From an uncultured delta proteobacterium (lineage in GTDB: Bacteria; Desulfobacterota; Syntrophia; Syntrophales; Smithellaceae), in the NCBI GenBank assembly GCA_963753975.1, contig CAVWEH010000005.1, forward strand, positions 288,001-352,000: 64,000 nt of DNA, written 5' to 3'. Positions within the stretch are counted from its first letter, which is position 1. Each line of letters begins with the position of its first letter. Of the stretch, positions 1 to 9,536 are shown piece after piece. A model generated the notes under the pieces. It saw nothing but the letters and a program-made list of their open reading frames with translations, was not told the DNA's origin and searched no databases. The translations under genes and the position numbers were made by a program.

Positions 1-1
1 A

Positions 2-511
2 CTTTTTGCGGCATCCATTTATCCTCAGGCCAAATTGTTTTCCTTTGAACCGGTGCCGGTTAATTATGCTCAACTCAAGCGCCACCGAGACCTAAATGAT
101 GCCTGTAAAATCAGCTGTTTCCCTTTGGCGGTGGCCGGGCATTCCGGAAAAATTAATTTAACCTTTGATCGCGGTGATTCTTTTACCACAAGTGCGACCA
201 TGCTTGCCTCCAAGGAAAACAAGGGAGAATTTCTTAGTATTCCCTGTGTAACCTTAAAAGAAATAATGGATGAAAACGCAATCGGAAAATGTGATCTGTT
301 GAAAATGGATTGTGAAGGAGCAGAATACGATATTTTATATAATTGTCCTCCGGAATATTTACAGCGGATAAATCAGATTGCCATGGAAGTTCATCGCGGC
401 GAAAAGGAAACCCAGAATATTGACGCTTTGGAGGCTTTTTTCCGGCAGCAGGGATTTTTCACCCGTCGGAAGCCTGTCGGCATGCTCTGGGCTTGGCGAA
501 GATCAAAATAA
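2..511 (+). CDS. FkbM-family SAM methyltransferase, 5'-truncated by window edge
   Basis: Frame is open from base 2 (LFAASIYPQAKLFSFEP); FEP and LLKMDCEGAE motifs typical of FkbM. Confidence 0.85.
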   Translation, partial: LFAASIYPQAKLFSFEPVPVNYAQLKRHRDLNDACKISCFPLAVAGHSGKINLTFDRGDSFTTSATMLASKENKGEFLSIPCVTLKEIMDENAIGKCDLLKMDCEGAEYDILYNCPPEYLQRINQIAMEVHRGEKETQNIDALEAFFRQQGFFTRRKPVGMLWAWRRSK

Positions 512-517
512 TCAATA

Positions 518-1426
518 ATGGTGTTTTCTAAGGAGAAATATTTGAAAAAGATTCCCCTCGCGGCAGCCATAATAACAAAAAATGAAGAAGAAAATATTCG
601 CCAGTGCCTGCAAAGCATTGCTTTTGCCAGCCAGGTAGTCCTAGTTGATTCGGGTAGTACTGACGCTACTTTGGCCATTGCCAAAGAGTTCGGCTGTGAA
701 ATTTACAGTGAAGAGTGGCGGGGTTTCGGTCCGCAGAAACAGTCGGCAATTGAAAGGTGCCGCCTGCCCTGGATTTTAGTTCTGGATGCTGATGAACGCA
801 TTCCTCCTGACACGGCGGATATTATAAAAAAAATTGTTACTGACTCTAATGTCAAGGAAGCAGGGTTCAGCTTCCCCCGGAAGAATTATTTTCAAGGGCG
901 ATGGATCAAGCATGCCGGCTGGTGGCCGGATCGTGTTATCCGACTGTTTCGCAAAGAGTCAGGTCGAATAACCTCTGTTAAAGTTCATGAATCAGTAGAA
1001 GTGACGGGGATTGCTGGAGAGCTTAATGTTCCCATTGAGCATTTTACGGAAAGCTCTTTAAGTAAGATCATCCAAAAAATTGACAAATATTCAACTCTGG
1101 CAGCCGAAGAGGCTTTTAAAGAGGGAAAACATTCGTCGGCGTTTTCAGCTTTTGCGCGCGCGTTTTTCACATTTAACCAGGATTATTTTTTAAGGCTGGG
1201 TATTCTGGACGGCAGACAGGGGCTTATCCTTGCTGTTACCGATGCAGTTAATAAATTTTTTAAATACGCAAAATTAAGTGAGCTAGAACAAGCCAGCCGA
1301 GACGGTGGAGCTCCTCTGACAGGAGCCGTAGGCTCCTTTACAAAATACGACATCCCGCCGATTGCAGAACACATTCAATCCCCGGTGGGAGATGAGTATG
1401 TTCTGCGGCGGGGAAAAAACAAATGA
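518..1426 (+). CDS. GT2 glycosyltransferase, KdtX/WaaE-like LPS core beta-glucosyltransferase, with atypical C-terminal extension
   Basis: IITKNEE, VDSGSTD, LDADER, GWWPD, VHE motifs. Confidence 0.85.
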   Translation: MVFSKEKYLKKIPLAAAIITKNEEENIRQCLQSIAFASQVVLVDSGSTDATLAIAKEFGCEIYSEEWRGFGPQKQSAIERCRLPWILVLDADERIPPDTADIIKKIVTDSNVKEAGFSFPRKNYFQGRWIKHAGWWPDRVIRLFRKESGRITSVKVHESVEVTGIAGELNVPIEHFTESSLSKIIQKIDKYSTLAAEEAFKEGKHSSAFSAFARAFFTFNQDYFLRLGILDGRQGLILAVTDAVNKFFKYAKLSELEQASRDGGAPLTGAVGSFTKYDIPPIAEHIQSPVGDEYVLRRGKNK

Positions 1427-2385
1427 AAGACCGTGATGATGAAGATCAATCTGTGGAAATTGCTGTCTCCGTAATAATTATTAACTGGAATACGAAAGAT
1501 ATTCTCCAAAACTGCCTCGATTCAATTTATCAGACAATTGATAATCTGTCCTGCGAGATAATAGTTGTGGATAATGCATCTTCCGATGGTTCGCAGGAAT
1601 TGTTGCAGCAGCGTTATGCACAAGTAATCAAAATTTACAATGAGATCAACAGGGGTTTTGGCGCCGCCAATAATCAGGCATTTGCCGTTATGAAGGGCAA
1701 ATATGCCCTGCTTTTGAATACCGATACGATATTGACTCCCGGTGCGATAAACAAGTTGTATTCTTTTGCCAAGACTCATCCTCAAGCGGCAATTGTCTGT
1801 GGACAGCTTTTAAATGCCGATGGTAGCAAACAAAATTCCGTTGCCCCATTTCCCAGCATGCTTACGCTTGCCGCCAACATTTCTCTTCTGGAATACCTGT
1901 TTCCCCAATATTATCCCAGCAAAAGATACAAATATAGCACGCCGATTGAAGTAGATTCAGCGATCGGCGCCTGTATGATGATTAACAAAAAAGCGCTGGC
2001 TGAAGCCGGTTTTTTTGATGAGCGGTACTTTTTCTTCTTTGAAGAAACAGATTTAGCTTACGCCTTTCACAGCAAAGGATGGAGCGTTTTTCATGTGCCG
2101 GATGCTTTTATCTATCATCTGCAAGGACAAAGCATCGGCCATAATGTTGGATCAAGGATTGAATTTTACCGCTCCCGGTATCAATTTCTTCGCAAATGGC
2201 ATAGCCGGAAATATGTTTATCCGGCTGCCGCTATAATATTTTTTCGACTTTTAATTAATTGGTTATTTAGTTGCGCAGTTAACGTCCTCACCTTTGGTTT
2301 GGTTAAGGAACTGCGTCAAAAATTATTTGTTTATTCCCGGCTAATTCTTTGGCATCTGAAAAGCTGTATTATACGCCATGGCTAA
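1423..2385 (+). CDS. GT2 glycosyltransferase (WbbL/rhamnosyltransferase-like)
   Basis: IINWN, VDNASSDGS, NRGFGAANN, LNTD, FDERYFFFFEETD; ATGA overlap with upstream gene. Confidence 0.85.
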   Translation: MKDRDDEDQSVEIAVSVIIINWNTKDILQNCLDSIYQTIDNLSCEIIVVDNASSDGSQELLQQRYAQVIKIYNEINRGFGAANNQAFAVMKGKYALLLNTDTILTPGAINKLYSFAKTHPQAAIVCGQLLNADGSKQNSVAPFPSMLTLAANISLLEYLFPQYYPSKRYKYSTPIEVDSAIGACMMINKKALAEAGFFDERYFFFFEETDLAYAFHSKGWSVFHVPDAFIYHLQGQSIGHNVGSRIEFYRSRYQFLRKWHSRKYVYPAAAIIFFRLLINWLFSCAVNVLTFGLVKELRQKLFVYSRLILWHLKSCIIRHG

Positions 2386-2416
2386 ATATCTGCTAATTCG
2401 CTCTCCATTATTTTCC

Positions 2417-2466
2417 TTGACATTCATTCTTAATTTAAGTATTTCCGACATGTTCATGCTATGAAC
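2417..2466 (+). promoter_or_regulatory. Putative sigma70 promoter followed by a palindromic operator
   Basis: TTGACA (2417-2422), 17 bp spacer, TATTTC; perfect inverted repeat GTTCAT-gct-ATGAAC (2452-2466); GAGGT RBS at 2471-2475. Confidence 0.55.
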
Positions 2467-2479
2467 TAATGAGGTTGCA

Positions 2480-2860
2480 ATGCCAAGTTACCTAAAAATT
2501 GATCTTGAAACCGAAGAAACCTTAGGTGTACTCCGGGAAATCGAAGCCAACCCTGAAATGACCCAGCGGGCGCTTTCGTTGCGCCTGGGATTGAGTCTGG
2601 GTAAAATTAACTTCCTCGTTAAAGCTTTGATTGAAAAAGGTCTAATCAAAGTAGAAAATTTCAAAAATTCCAAAAACAAAAGTGCTTATCTTTATTCCCT
2701 GACTCCCCATGGTTTTGAGGAAAAAACAAAGGCCACATATCTCTTCCTTAAAAGAAAAATAGAAGAATACGAGAGATTGGAAGTGGAGATCAAGCAACTG
2801 AAAAAGGAAGCCGGTGTTGTTGATCTGCCGGTGAAAATTCAAGATAATATCCCTTCCTAG
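2480..2860 (+). CDS. MarR-family EPS-associated transcriptional regulator
   Basis: NPEMTQRALS..LGLSLGKINF..KALIEKGLIK..NF.NS.NK..YLY.LTP.G pattern. Confidence 0.85.
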   Translation: MPSYLKIDLETEETLGVLREIEANPEMTQRALSLRLGLSLGKINFLVKALIEKGLIKVENFKNSKNKSAYLYSLTPHGFEEKTKATYLFLKRKIEEYERLEVEIKQLKKEAGVVDLPVKIQDNIPS

Positions 2861-2942
2861 GGATATTATAAATATAAACCGTTTTGTTATCCAATGGATG
2901 CCCGCTTTTGTAATCCAGAGGGCGGAGCTGTATAATCATAGT

Positions 2943-3119
2943 GTGACTTTTGCAAAACTGTATAAAACCAACAATTATGTCATACCGGTCATGATGACCT
3001 TCAGGTTACGAAGGCCGACATCCAGTATTTTCAAGCATTTCCTAGATTCCCCCGTATCACGTACGGGGCAGGCTTAGTCAAGCCTGGAATGACGAATAGT
3101 GGAGTTGTGCAAAGGTCTC
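2943..3119. mobile_element. MITE/REP-like non-autonomous element
   Basis: Imperfect terminal inverted repeats GTGACTTTTGCAAAACT (2943-2959) and AGTTGTGCAAAGGTCTC (3103-3119), 14/17 match; internal GTCAT.CCGG...GGAATGAC palindromic core; no transposase. Confidence 0.6.
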
Positions 3120-3142
3120 AAAGCGAATTGGTATTAATCTGA

Positions 3143-3264
3143 ATTCGTTAGCGAGCGCATTCCCCGTATTCATGACGATGGCGTGACGGGGTAAGCGAAC
3201 GAATACTAAATAATATTTTTCCTTAAGAATCGAAGATTCTCCGGGGCTTGCCGCGGAGAGCTTC
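3143..3264. repeat. Two REP-like hairpins
   Basis: ATTCGTT...CCCCGT...ACGGGG...AACGAAT (3143-3203) and CTCCGGGGCTTGCCGCGGAG (3239-3258); related to hairpins near 17936, 23055 and 50060. Confidence 0.45.
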
Positions 3265-3294
3265 AAATATCCGGAATCAGGAGGTAGAAAATTT

Positions 3295-4059
3295 ATGGAG
3301 TATGTCTATATGCTTTTCAAAGGATTTATCGATCCCGTTTTCATCGTAATTTTATTGCTGCTTATCGCTTTCTTCATTTGCCTGATCGGCGGCAAGAAAA
3401 AAAACGGTGCTTTGATTCTATTATTATCGATTGTTTTACTTTACGGCGCGAGTATTTTTCCTGTGGCCAATTACCTTTGCTACTATTTAGAAAAGGACTA
3501 TATTAAGAACCAAAGTGATGGAGAGCAAAATATTGATGTGCTTGTCGTGCTGGGTGGCGGCGCTCAGGATATCAATTCCTTAAATAATACTTTCCCCACT
3601 GAAGCGACATCTACCCGCCTTCTTCACGCAGTAGATATTTATAATAAAAAGGGGGTGAAGTACTTTGTGTGCGTGGGCAAAGGAAGTGGTAAAATCACGG
3701 AAGCGGAGTTAATGGCTCAGTTGGCGCAGCGGCTGGGAGTGCCGAAGGAAAAAATCAGGATGGAACCTAAATCAATAAATACATGGGCCAATGCTGTGGA
3801 ACTAAATAAAATGTTTGCCAACAAAAATATTTATATCGGACTTGTTACTTCAGCCTCTCATCTAAAAAGAGCTGAGAAGGAATTCAAAAAATATTTCAAT
3901 AATGTAGTGCCGTTTCCGGCTAATTACTACTACGCATCATCTGCCGAAAATATTTTTGTCAAATACGCGCCACAGACTAGTTCGCTTTCTAAAACCTCTC
4001 TAGCTTTAAAAGAAATCGCCGGTCAGCTATGGTATAGCGTAAAAAGTGTAACGCAATAA
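3295..4059 (+). CDS. YdcF/DUF218 (ElyC/SanA-like) membrane-anchored envelope protein
   Basis: N-terminal TM helices; VVLGGG, EAELMA, EPKSINTWANA, LVTSASHLKRA, LKE..G motifs; AGGAGG RBS. Confidence 0.85.
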   Translation: MEYVYMLFKGFIDPVFIVILLLLIAFFICLIGGKKKNGALILLLSIVLLYGASIFPVANYLCYYLEKDYIKNQSDGEQNIDVLVVLGGGAQDINSLNNTFPTEATSTRLLHAVDIYNKKGVKYFVCVGKGSGKITEAELMAQLAQRLGVPKEKIRMEPKSINTWANAVELNKMFANKNIYIGLVTSASHLKRAEKEFKKYFNNVVPFPANYYYASSAENIFVKYAPQTSSLSKTSLALKEIAGQLWYSVKSVTQ

Positions 4060-4081
4060 TATGATTTGTATCCTCAATTTT

Positions 4082-4200
4082 GCCATTCCGGCAGGAAACC
4101 ACGGCGAATGCCTGGGAAGCCGGAATCCGGTAATATCAAGTGTTTCCTAGATTCCGGGTCAAGCCCGGAATGACGAATAGCAGAGTTTTACAAAGATTTC
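4082..4200. repeat. Second copy of the REP/MITE core found at 2979-3119
   Basis: Shares TTTCCTAGATTCC...GTCAAGCC.GGAATGACGAATAG..GAGTT.T.CAAAG.T.TC; hairpin ATTCCGGG-tcaag-CCCGGAAT at 4151-4171. Confidence 0.7.
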
Positions 4201-4203
4201 ATT

Positions 4204-5709
4204 ATGAGTCTGCTCAAACGAAATATTAGCGCAAATTTATTCGGGAATGCTTGGATGGCCCTGATGGGACTTGTGTTTGTACCCCTGTATATAAAATTTC
4301 TGGGGGTGGAATCATACGGGCTAATCGGTATTTTTACCATATTCCAAGTGATGACCGGACTTCTAGATATGGGGTTGAGCGGTACAGTGAACCGTGAAAT
4401 GGCGCGGCTTTCCGTGCTGCCGGGAAAAGAACAGGAAATACGCAATCTGGTCCGTTCTCTGGAAATTATTTACTGGTGTATAGCATTGTTTATCGGAATT
4501 GCGGTCATAGCAGCGTCGCCTTTTATTGCTCATCATTGGGTCAGGGCAGAGCAATTATCATCCTCAACTATTGAACAGGCAATTTTAATAATGGGATTTA
4601 CATTGATGCTGCAATGGCCAACCAGTCTTTACGTCGGCGGGCTTATCGGGCTGCAACGCCAAATTATATTAAACGTGGTTAATATTAGCATAAGCACTTT
4701 ACGCGGCGTTGGCGCTGTTGCGGTTTTATGGCTGATTTCTCCCACGATTCAGGCATTTTTTTTATGGCAGATCATTATCAGCGCAATACAAACTTTTCTT
4801 TTGATGCTTCTTCTCTGGCGCCGACTACCACGGGCTGGGAACCCGGCGGGCTTTCAAAAGCAACTGCTCCATGGCATCTGGCGGTTTGCGGCCGGCATTG
4901 GCGGAACCAGTATCCTGGGAATAATTCTTACTCAAGTGGATAAAATCATATTAAGCAAAATGCTGTCTCTCGAGATGTTTGGTTATTACGCCTTGGCCAG
5001 TATAATTGCCTTGAGCCCGCTACGTTTGAGCGGATCGCTATTCGTCAGTATTTATCCCCGATTCACCCAACTGGTTTCTCTCAACGAGAAGGAAAGGTTA
5101 AAACAACTTTATCATAAAGGCTGCCAGTTTATGTCTGTTTTGATTTTACCTGCTTCCATTGTTGTTGCCCTGTATTCTTATGAAATCATTTTGCTTTGGA
5201 CACAAAGCCCGATAACAGCTGAAAAATCGTACTTGCTGGTGAGTATTCTCATTTGCGGGACCGCCCTTAATGCCCTTATGTATCTTCCCCATGCGCTGCA
5301 ATTGTCATTTGGCTGGACCAGATTATATTTTTTCAGTAATTTGGTGGCCGTTGTCCTGTTTGTTACGTTGATAATTTACATGACGGCCAACTATGGTGCC
5401 GTCGGGGCGGCAAGTGTCTGGCTGATTTTAAACGTAGGTTATGTGCTATTTGAAGTTCCACTGATGCATCGCCGCCTGTTAAATAAAGAAAAATGGCGCT
5501 GGTATTGGCAGGATGTATTGCTTCCGCTTGCTGCGGCTTTAGTTATTGCCGCTTCCGGGAAATTATTTATCAACTCCTCAATGACACAATTTACGTCGTT
5601 GATTTATTTGTCGATAATTTCAGCATTAACGCTGGGAATAACAGCAATTATTACACCGGTAACAAGGGGATGGCTTTGGGGGCAGTTGCTGAAAATAAAA
5701 CTGGGATAG
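4204..5709 (+). CDS. wzx: Wzx-type oligosaccharide flippase
   Basis: 501 aa, many TM segments; PLYIKFLGVESYGLIG, QVDKIILSKML...GYY. Confidence 0.85.
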   Translation: MSLLKRNISANLFGNAWMALMGLVFVPLYIKFLGVESYGLIGIFTIFQVMTGLLDMGLSGTVNREMARLSVLPGKEQEIRNLVRSLEIIYWCIALFIGIAVIAASPFIAHHWVRAEQLSSSTIEQAILIMGFTLMLQWPTSLYVGGLIGLQRQIILNVVNISISTLRGVGAVAVLWLISPTIQAFFLWQIIISAIQTFLLMLLLWRRLPRAGNPAGFQKQLLHGIWRFAAGIGGTSILGIILTQVDKIILSKMLSLEMFGYYALASIIALSPLRLSGSLFVSIYPRFTQLVSLNEKERLKQLYHKGCQFMSVLILPASIVVALYSYEIILLWTQSPITAEKSYLLVSILICGTALNALMYLPHALQLSFGWTRLYFFSNLVAVVLFVTLIIYMTANYGAVGAASVWLILNVGYVLFEVPLMHRRLLNKEKWRWYWQDVLLPLAAALVIAASGKLFINSSMTQFTSLIYLSIISALTLGITAIITPVTRGWLWGQLLKIKLG

Positions 5710-5766
5710 AGAAACTAAATAGAGGTTATCACGTATTTAATTGCCTACGAATTGCCTCATTTTTCA

Positions 5767-5795
5767 TTGACATACAAGAATAATTTCCCTAAACT
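5767..5795 (+). promoter_or_regulatory. Putative sigma70 promoter for wzz-wzy
   Basis: TTGACA-17 bp-TAAACT; GGAGGT RBS before ATG 5850. Confidence 0.55.
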
Positions 5796-5849
5796 CATTT
5801 AATGGCTGAGCTCTAACTTAACATGTGGTAAAAGTATCGGAGGTAGGTC

Positions 5850-6707
5850 ATGCAGAAGCAAAGTCTTAACCATGAAAATGAAAAAGAAACCTTAAGTTTA
5901 GATTATTTATTTAATTTAATTAAAAGGAAATGGACAGTAGTTGTTTTTGTAACGTTTATATTTATTGTATTTGCCGTTTATAATGCTTTTTTTAAAAGGG
6001 ATGTTTATGTAGTTAAATTTTGTATGACATATATTACCTCAGTTAAAAATGATCCTCTTTTAATACCAATAGAAACATCAACACTTGAAACCATAGTTTA
6101 TAATTTTATTACGAAGTATGAAAATAAAAAGGCTGAAATCAATAGTGGCAAGATTATTTCAAATGCTAATAAATATATTAGTTTTAACAAATTAAGTGTA
6201 TCGCCGTTGGAAAGTGAAACTGCAGGTAGAAAAACTAAAACACTGGAAATGTCTTTATTTGTTTATAATACTTCTTATACAAAAGAAATAATAAATGATT
6301 TAATAGATTATGTTAATAAAAATGAACTGATAAAAAATTGGTTTGAGCAAAGAAATAAATCGCTTATTAATACAAAGAAAAATCTGGAATCAGGACTGGC
6401 TGGAATGATAAATTTCAAAAACAAAATAAGATCAGGTGAATTGCGATTATATAATTTTAATTTTAACATTTACAGGGACATTATGGATACCAAAACTGAA
6501 ATTGCAATAATAGAATTAAAATTGAAAGATGTTAGCGCAGTATATGTAGTTGCGGATCCCGAGAATCCTGTTAGACCAACCGGTTTGCCTCCTTTGGAAT
6601 GCTTTGTTATATTTAGTCTATTAGGATTTTTTTCTTCAATTATATTAATTATATTATTAGATAAAGTCCTTATTCTATCTAAGAAAACCAATAATATATC
6701 TATTTGA
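5850..6707 (+). CDS. wzz: Wzz-like chain-length determinant
   Basis: N- and C-terminal TM helices, central coiled region, proline-rich segment (PENPVRP) before TM2; lies between wzx and wzy. Confidence 0.65.
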   Translation: MQKQSLNHENEKETLSLDYLFNLIKRKWTVVVFVTFIFIVFAVYNAFFKRDVYVVKFCMTYITSVKNDPLLIPIETSTLETIVYNFITKYENKKAEINSGKIISNANKYISFNKLSVSPLESETAGRKTKTLEMSLFVYNTSYTKEIINDLIDYVNKNELIKNWFEQRNKSLINTKKNLESGLAGMINFKNKIRSGELRLYNFNFNIYRDIMDTKTEIAIIELKLKDVSAVYVVADPENPVRPTGLPPLECFVIFSLLGFFSSIILIILLDKVLILSKKTNNISI

Positions 6708-6948
6708 ACAATAAATGAAATTAAACATAGTGAGGAACGCAAATGATCTATTTGTATTACAAGCTGTGAGTTTTATTATGATTCAACGTGTTCTTTCAAA
6801 CACCCATATTCATAGAAAGAAATTCATAAGTTTAACAAACATTACTTCATTATTTTTGTTTTCTGTATTTTTTATTTTAATAATCGCTTTGAAGGCAAAT
6901 ACTTCATAACACGCTTAATCTATTTAATGAAAATTTTTAATTATAATA

Positions 6949-8220
6949 ATGATACAGAAAAAAACATTTAAATATATCTGGTCTTTTATTATAGCAATTC
7001 AAATGTTTGTCGGACGGTTTTATGATGAGCGTTTTTGTTTTTTTGATATTAACTTTTCTATAATTATTTCTGTTATATTTCTATTATTTATGTTAATTGG
7101 TTACACCCTTTACGAAAAAACACCGCTGGATTTTAATTTACAAATTTATTTGATTTTTGCATTCCTGTTGGTGTTGATCGCTTTATTTTTCTTTTTTATA
7201 AATAACTTTTCAAATGAATATGGATTAAAGAAATTTCTTGAATTTATTTTTATTACTTCTTTATTGGTAATTATTATCCTTTATTCGAAAGATATTGAAT
7301 TGCTTAAATATATAATTATAAGTATGTTCTTATTAGCAACATTTTTATTTATTTCAGCGTATATTCTTTCATTAAAAAACAAATTTGTGTTTGATGGTGA
7401 GAGATTGGCATTGTTTGGAGGAGGACCTATTGTTTTTGCACGATGGATTATTATGGCAATGTTGTGTTTTATATATGTAATAAAAACCAGGATGTTATAT
7501 AAAATATTATATGTTATTTTTGGAACGATATTGGTTTTATTTTCAGGAAGCAAAGGTCCTTTATTGGCTTTTTTAGTTTCTGTTTCATTAACTTATGCCA
7601 TATCAAATATACAATCGAAACGATTTATTTATTCTATTATATTGTTAATGGTTGGATTTACAATAACTTTCTTTTCTGTTTCATATTTAAATTCCGTGGT
7701 TTTATTGCCTGAAAGAATACACCAATTAACCGACCCCGATAAATTAGTTGTTACTGCTTCAGTTACCGATAGAGAAGAAATGTATCCTGCATCTTATGAG
7801 ATATTTCTTCAACACCCTCTTGGAATTGGACTTGGCAATTGGGCATATTATCACAATAATAATCACGTTAAACTAAATCTTAACGATTATCCACATAATG
7901 TTTTTTTAGAAATATTGAATGAATCAGGAATATTTGTTTTTATATTATTTGTCATCATAATTATAATGACATTTTGCAAATCGTACGTTTTTTATAAAAA
8001 TTATCACAAATCAGAATATTGCAAATCAAAAAATGAAAATTTAAAATTAATTAATTTCTTTTTTTCTTTTTTTCTTTTTACATTTATTAACAGCAACATT
8101 AGTGGAGATTTATCAAATAATAGGCATTTGTTTTTTGCAATAGCTTCTTTACTGGTTATTACTTCTTCGTTTAAAAAAAATGTGATTACACAGCAAAAAC
8201 GAATTAATAATATATGTTGA
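6949..8220 (+). CDS. wzy: O-antigen polymerase/ligase-family membrane protein (Wzy_C)
   Basis: Very hydrophobic and AT-rich; SGSKGP, HPLGIGLG, YPHNVFLEILNESG motifs. Confidence 0.75.
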   Translation: MIQKKTFKYIWSFIIAIQMFVGRFYDERFCFFDINFSIIISVIFLLFMLIGYTLYEKTPLDFNLQIYLIFAFLLVLIALFFFFINNFSNEYGLKKFLEFIFITSLLVIIILYSKDIELLKYIIISMFLLATFLFISAYILSLKNKFVFDGERLALFGGGPIVFARWIIMAMLCFIYVIKTRMLYKILYVIFGTILVLFSGSKGPLLAFLVSVSLTYAISNIQSKRFIYSIILLMVGFTITFFSVSYLNSVVLLPERIHQLTDPDKLVVTASVTDREEMYPASYEIFLQHPLGIGLGNWAYYHNNNHVKLNLNDYPHNVFLEILNESGIFVFILFVIIIIMTFCKSYVFYKNYHKSEYCKSKNENLKLINFFFSFFLFTFINSNISGDLSNNRHLFFAIASLLVITSSFKKNVITQQKRINNIC

Positions 8221-8346
8221 ATAATAAAATACCAATCATTATACCTTGCTGACCCAGCACTATCAGTTTACATACCCTCTGAAAGATGCACTTTGAATGT
8301 GCCAAATGGAAAGATACTTGGATACATGACCATACGAACACCTGCG

Positions 8347-8386
8347 ATTCAGGCAACCTTTTAATCTGGGTTTTTCAAACCGGTGA
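8347..8386 (+). repeat. Deleted duplicate of the GT4 start region (9491-9589)
   Basis: 8358-8386 is identical to 9561-9589 (29 bp); 8347-8356 is identical to 9491-9500 (ATTCAGGCAA). Confidence 0.75.
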
Positions 8387-8469
8387 GCCAAATCAATTAT
8401 TCCGGACCATCCCTCATACCGCAGATTAATTTATGATGAATGAGCTTAACTCTGAAAGGACAAGATCAA

Positions 8470-9440
8470 ATGTGGAAATTTAAAGTTTTAATTCAATTCA
8501 TCCTCAGCAAAATACCTTTCGGGGAAAAACTTAATTATCTTTTACAAAAAATATATGGCTCACATAATGCAAATAAATCCAGAGCAAGAGTGCCGGGCTT
8601 GGTAGAAGCAATGCTACACATTGATAAATTTAGACCTCTTTATGGCGCTACCGTTGTGGAAATTGGGACAGGATGGGAGGCTATATGCCCAGTGCTCTTA
8701 TATCTGATGGGAGCAAAGGCTGTTCATAGCTATGATCACATTCCGCATTTGCGCTTTGCGAGCTACCGAAGCTTGTTAGCACCATTGAGGATGAAATTGG
8801 ACCAATCTCACATCTTTCAGGAATTCCGATATCACTCATAGAACAACGCCTAAGTCGTCTTAAAAACCATAATTCCCTCGGCGAGTTGCTATCTGCCGCA
8901 AAAATTTTTTATTGCGCTCCTGGAGATGGTGCAAATACAAAATTAAAGGATAACAGCATTGACATAGTCTTCAGCCATGCGGTTCTTGAGCATGTGCCAG
9001 TGACGGTAGTAAAAGCTTTAACTCTAGAGGCTAAGCGAATTCTAAAACCAAACGGAATTGCTTATCATTTCATTGATCTGCATGATCACTACACAGGATT
9101 CGATCACCGCCTGACAAAAGTAAATTTTTTAAAGTATTCGGAAGCTATGTGGCTCTTCTTCGTTAAAAACAAAATAAGTTATCATAACAGATTAAGACAA
9201 AAACAATTTCTTGATATTTTTAGCCAATGTGGGGCTAAGATACTTAATTGCAAAAGTAAAACAGATCAAACCGATATTGATGCACTTAAAGACATGGTAA
9301 TTGACCCGAGTTTTCATGGAATGTCGCACGAAGAACTGGCAGTTCATCAGAGCGAGGTGATTATGTCTTTTCTTAAGAAGGAATGTATGTCCGACGAAAG
9401 TGAAATCCTTTCGAGTAGTTCAATCATAACAAACCTATAA
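8470..9440 (+). CDS. Class I SAM methyltransferase, split by a frameshift near 8755-8810
   Basis: VEIGTGW in ORF 8440..8841; DIVFSHAVLEH and RILKPNG in ORF 8886..9440, whose frame is open upstream into the first ORF. Confidence 0.75.
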
Positions 9441-9536
9441 TTGGTTTGCCTATTGGAGAGCATCTGTGTAACTAATGAATATGTCAATTTATTCAGGCAA
9501 TCATGGATTTCTTTCAAAAATTAAAATGGGGTTTAT

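Noticed and set aside
2995..3008. Reverse complement TAACCTGAAGGTC resembles part of tRNA-fMet
   Set aside because: No T-arm, acceptor stem or cloverleaf around it
2943..4200. CRISPR array or integron attC sites
   Set aside because: No regular repeat-spacer period, no cas or integrase gene, and no convincing attC core-site pairs
2386..4203. JUMPStart/ops antitermination element expected for a long glycan operon
   Set aside because: No GGCGGTAG-type motif noticed by eye in the leaders
6715..6909. 64-aa ORF between wzz and wzy
   Set aside because: No recognisable motif or RBS; may be a relic or a chance ORF in AT-rich DNA
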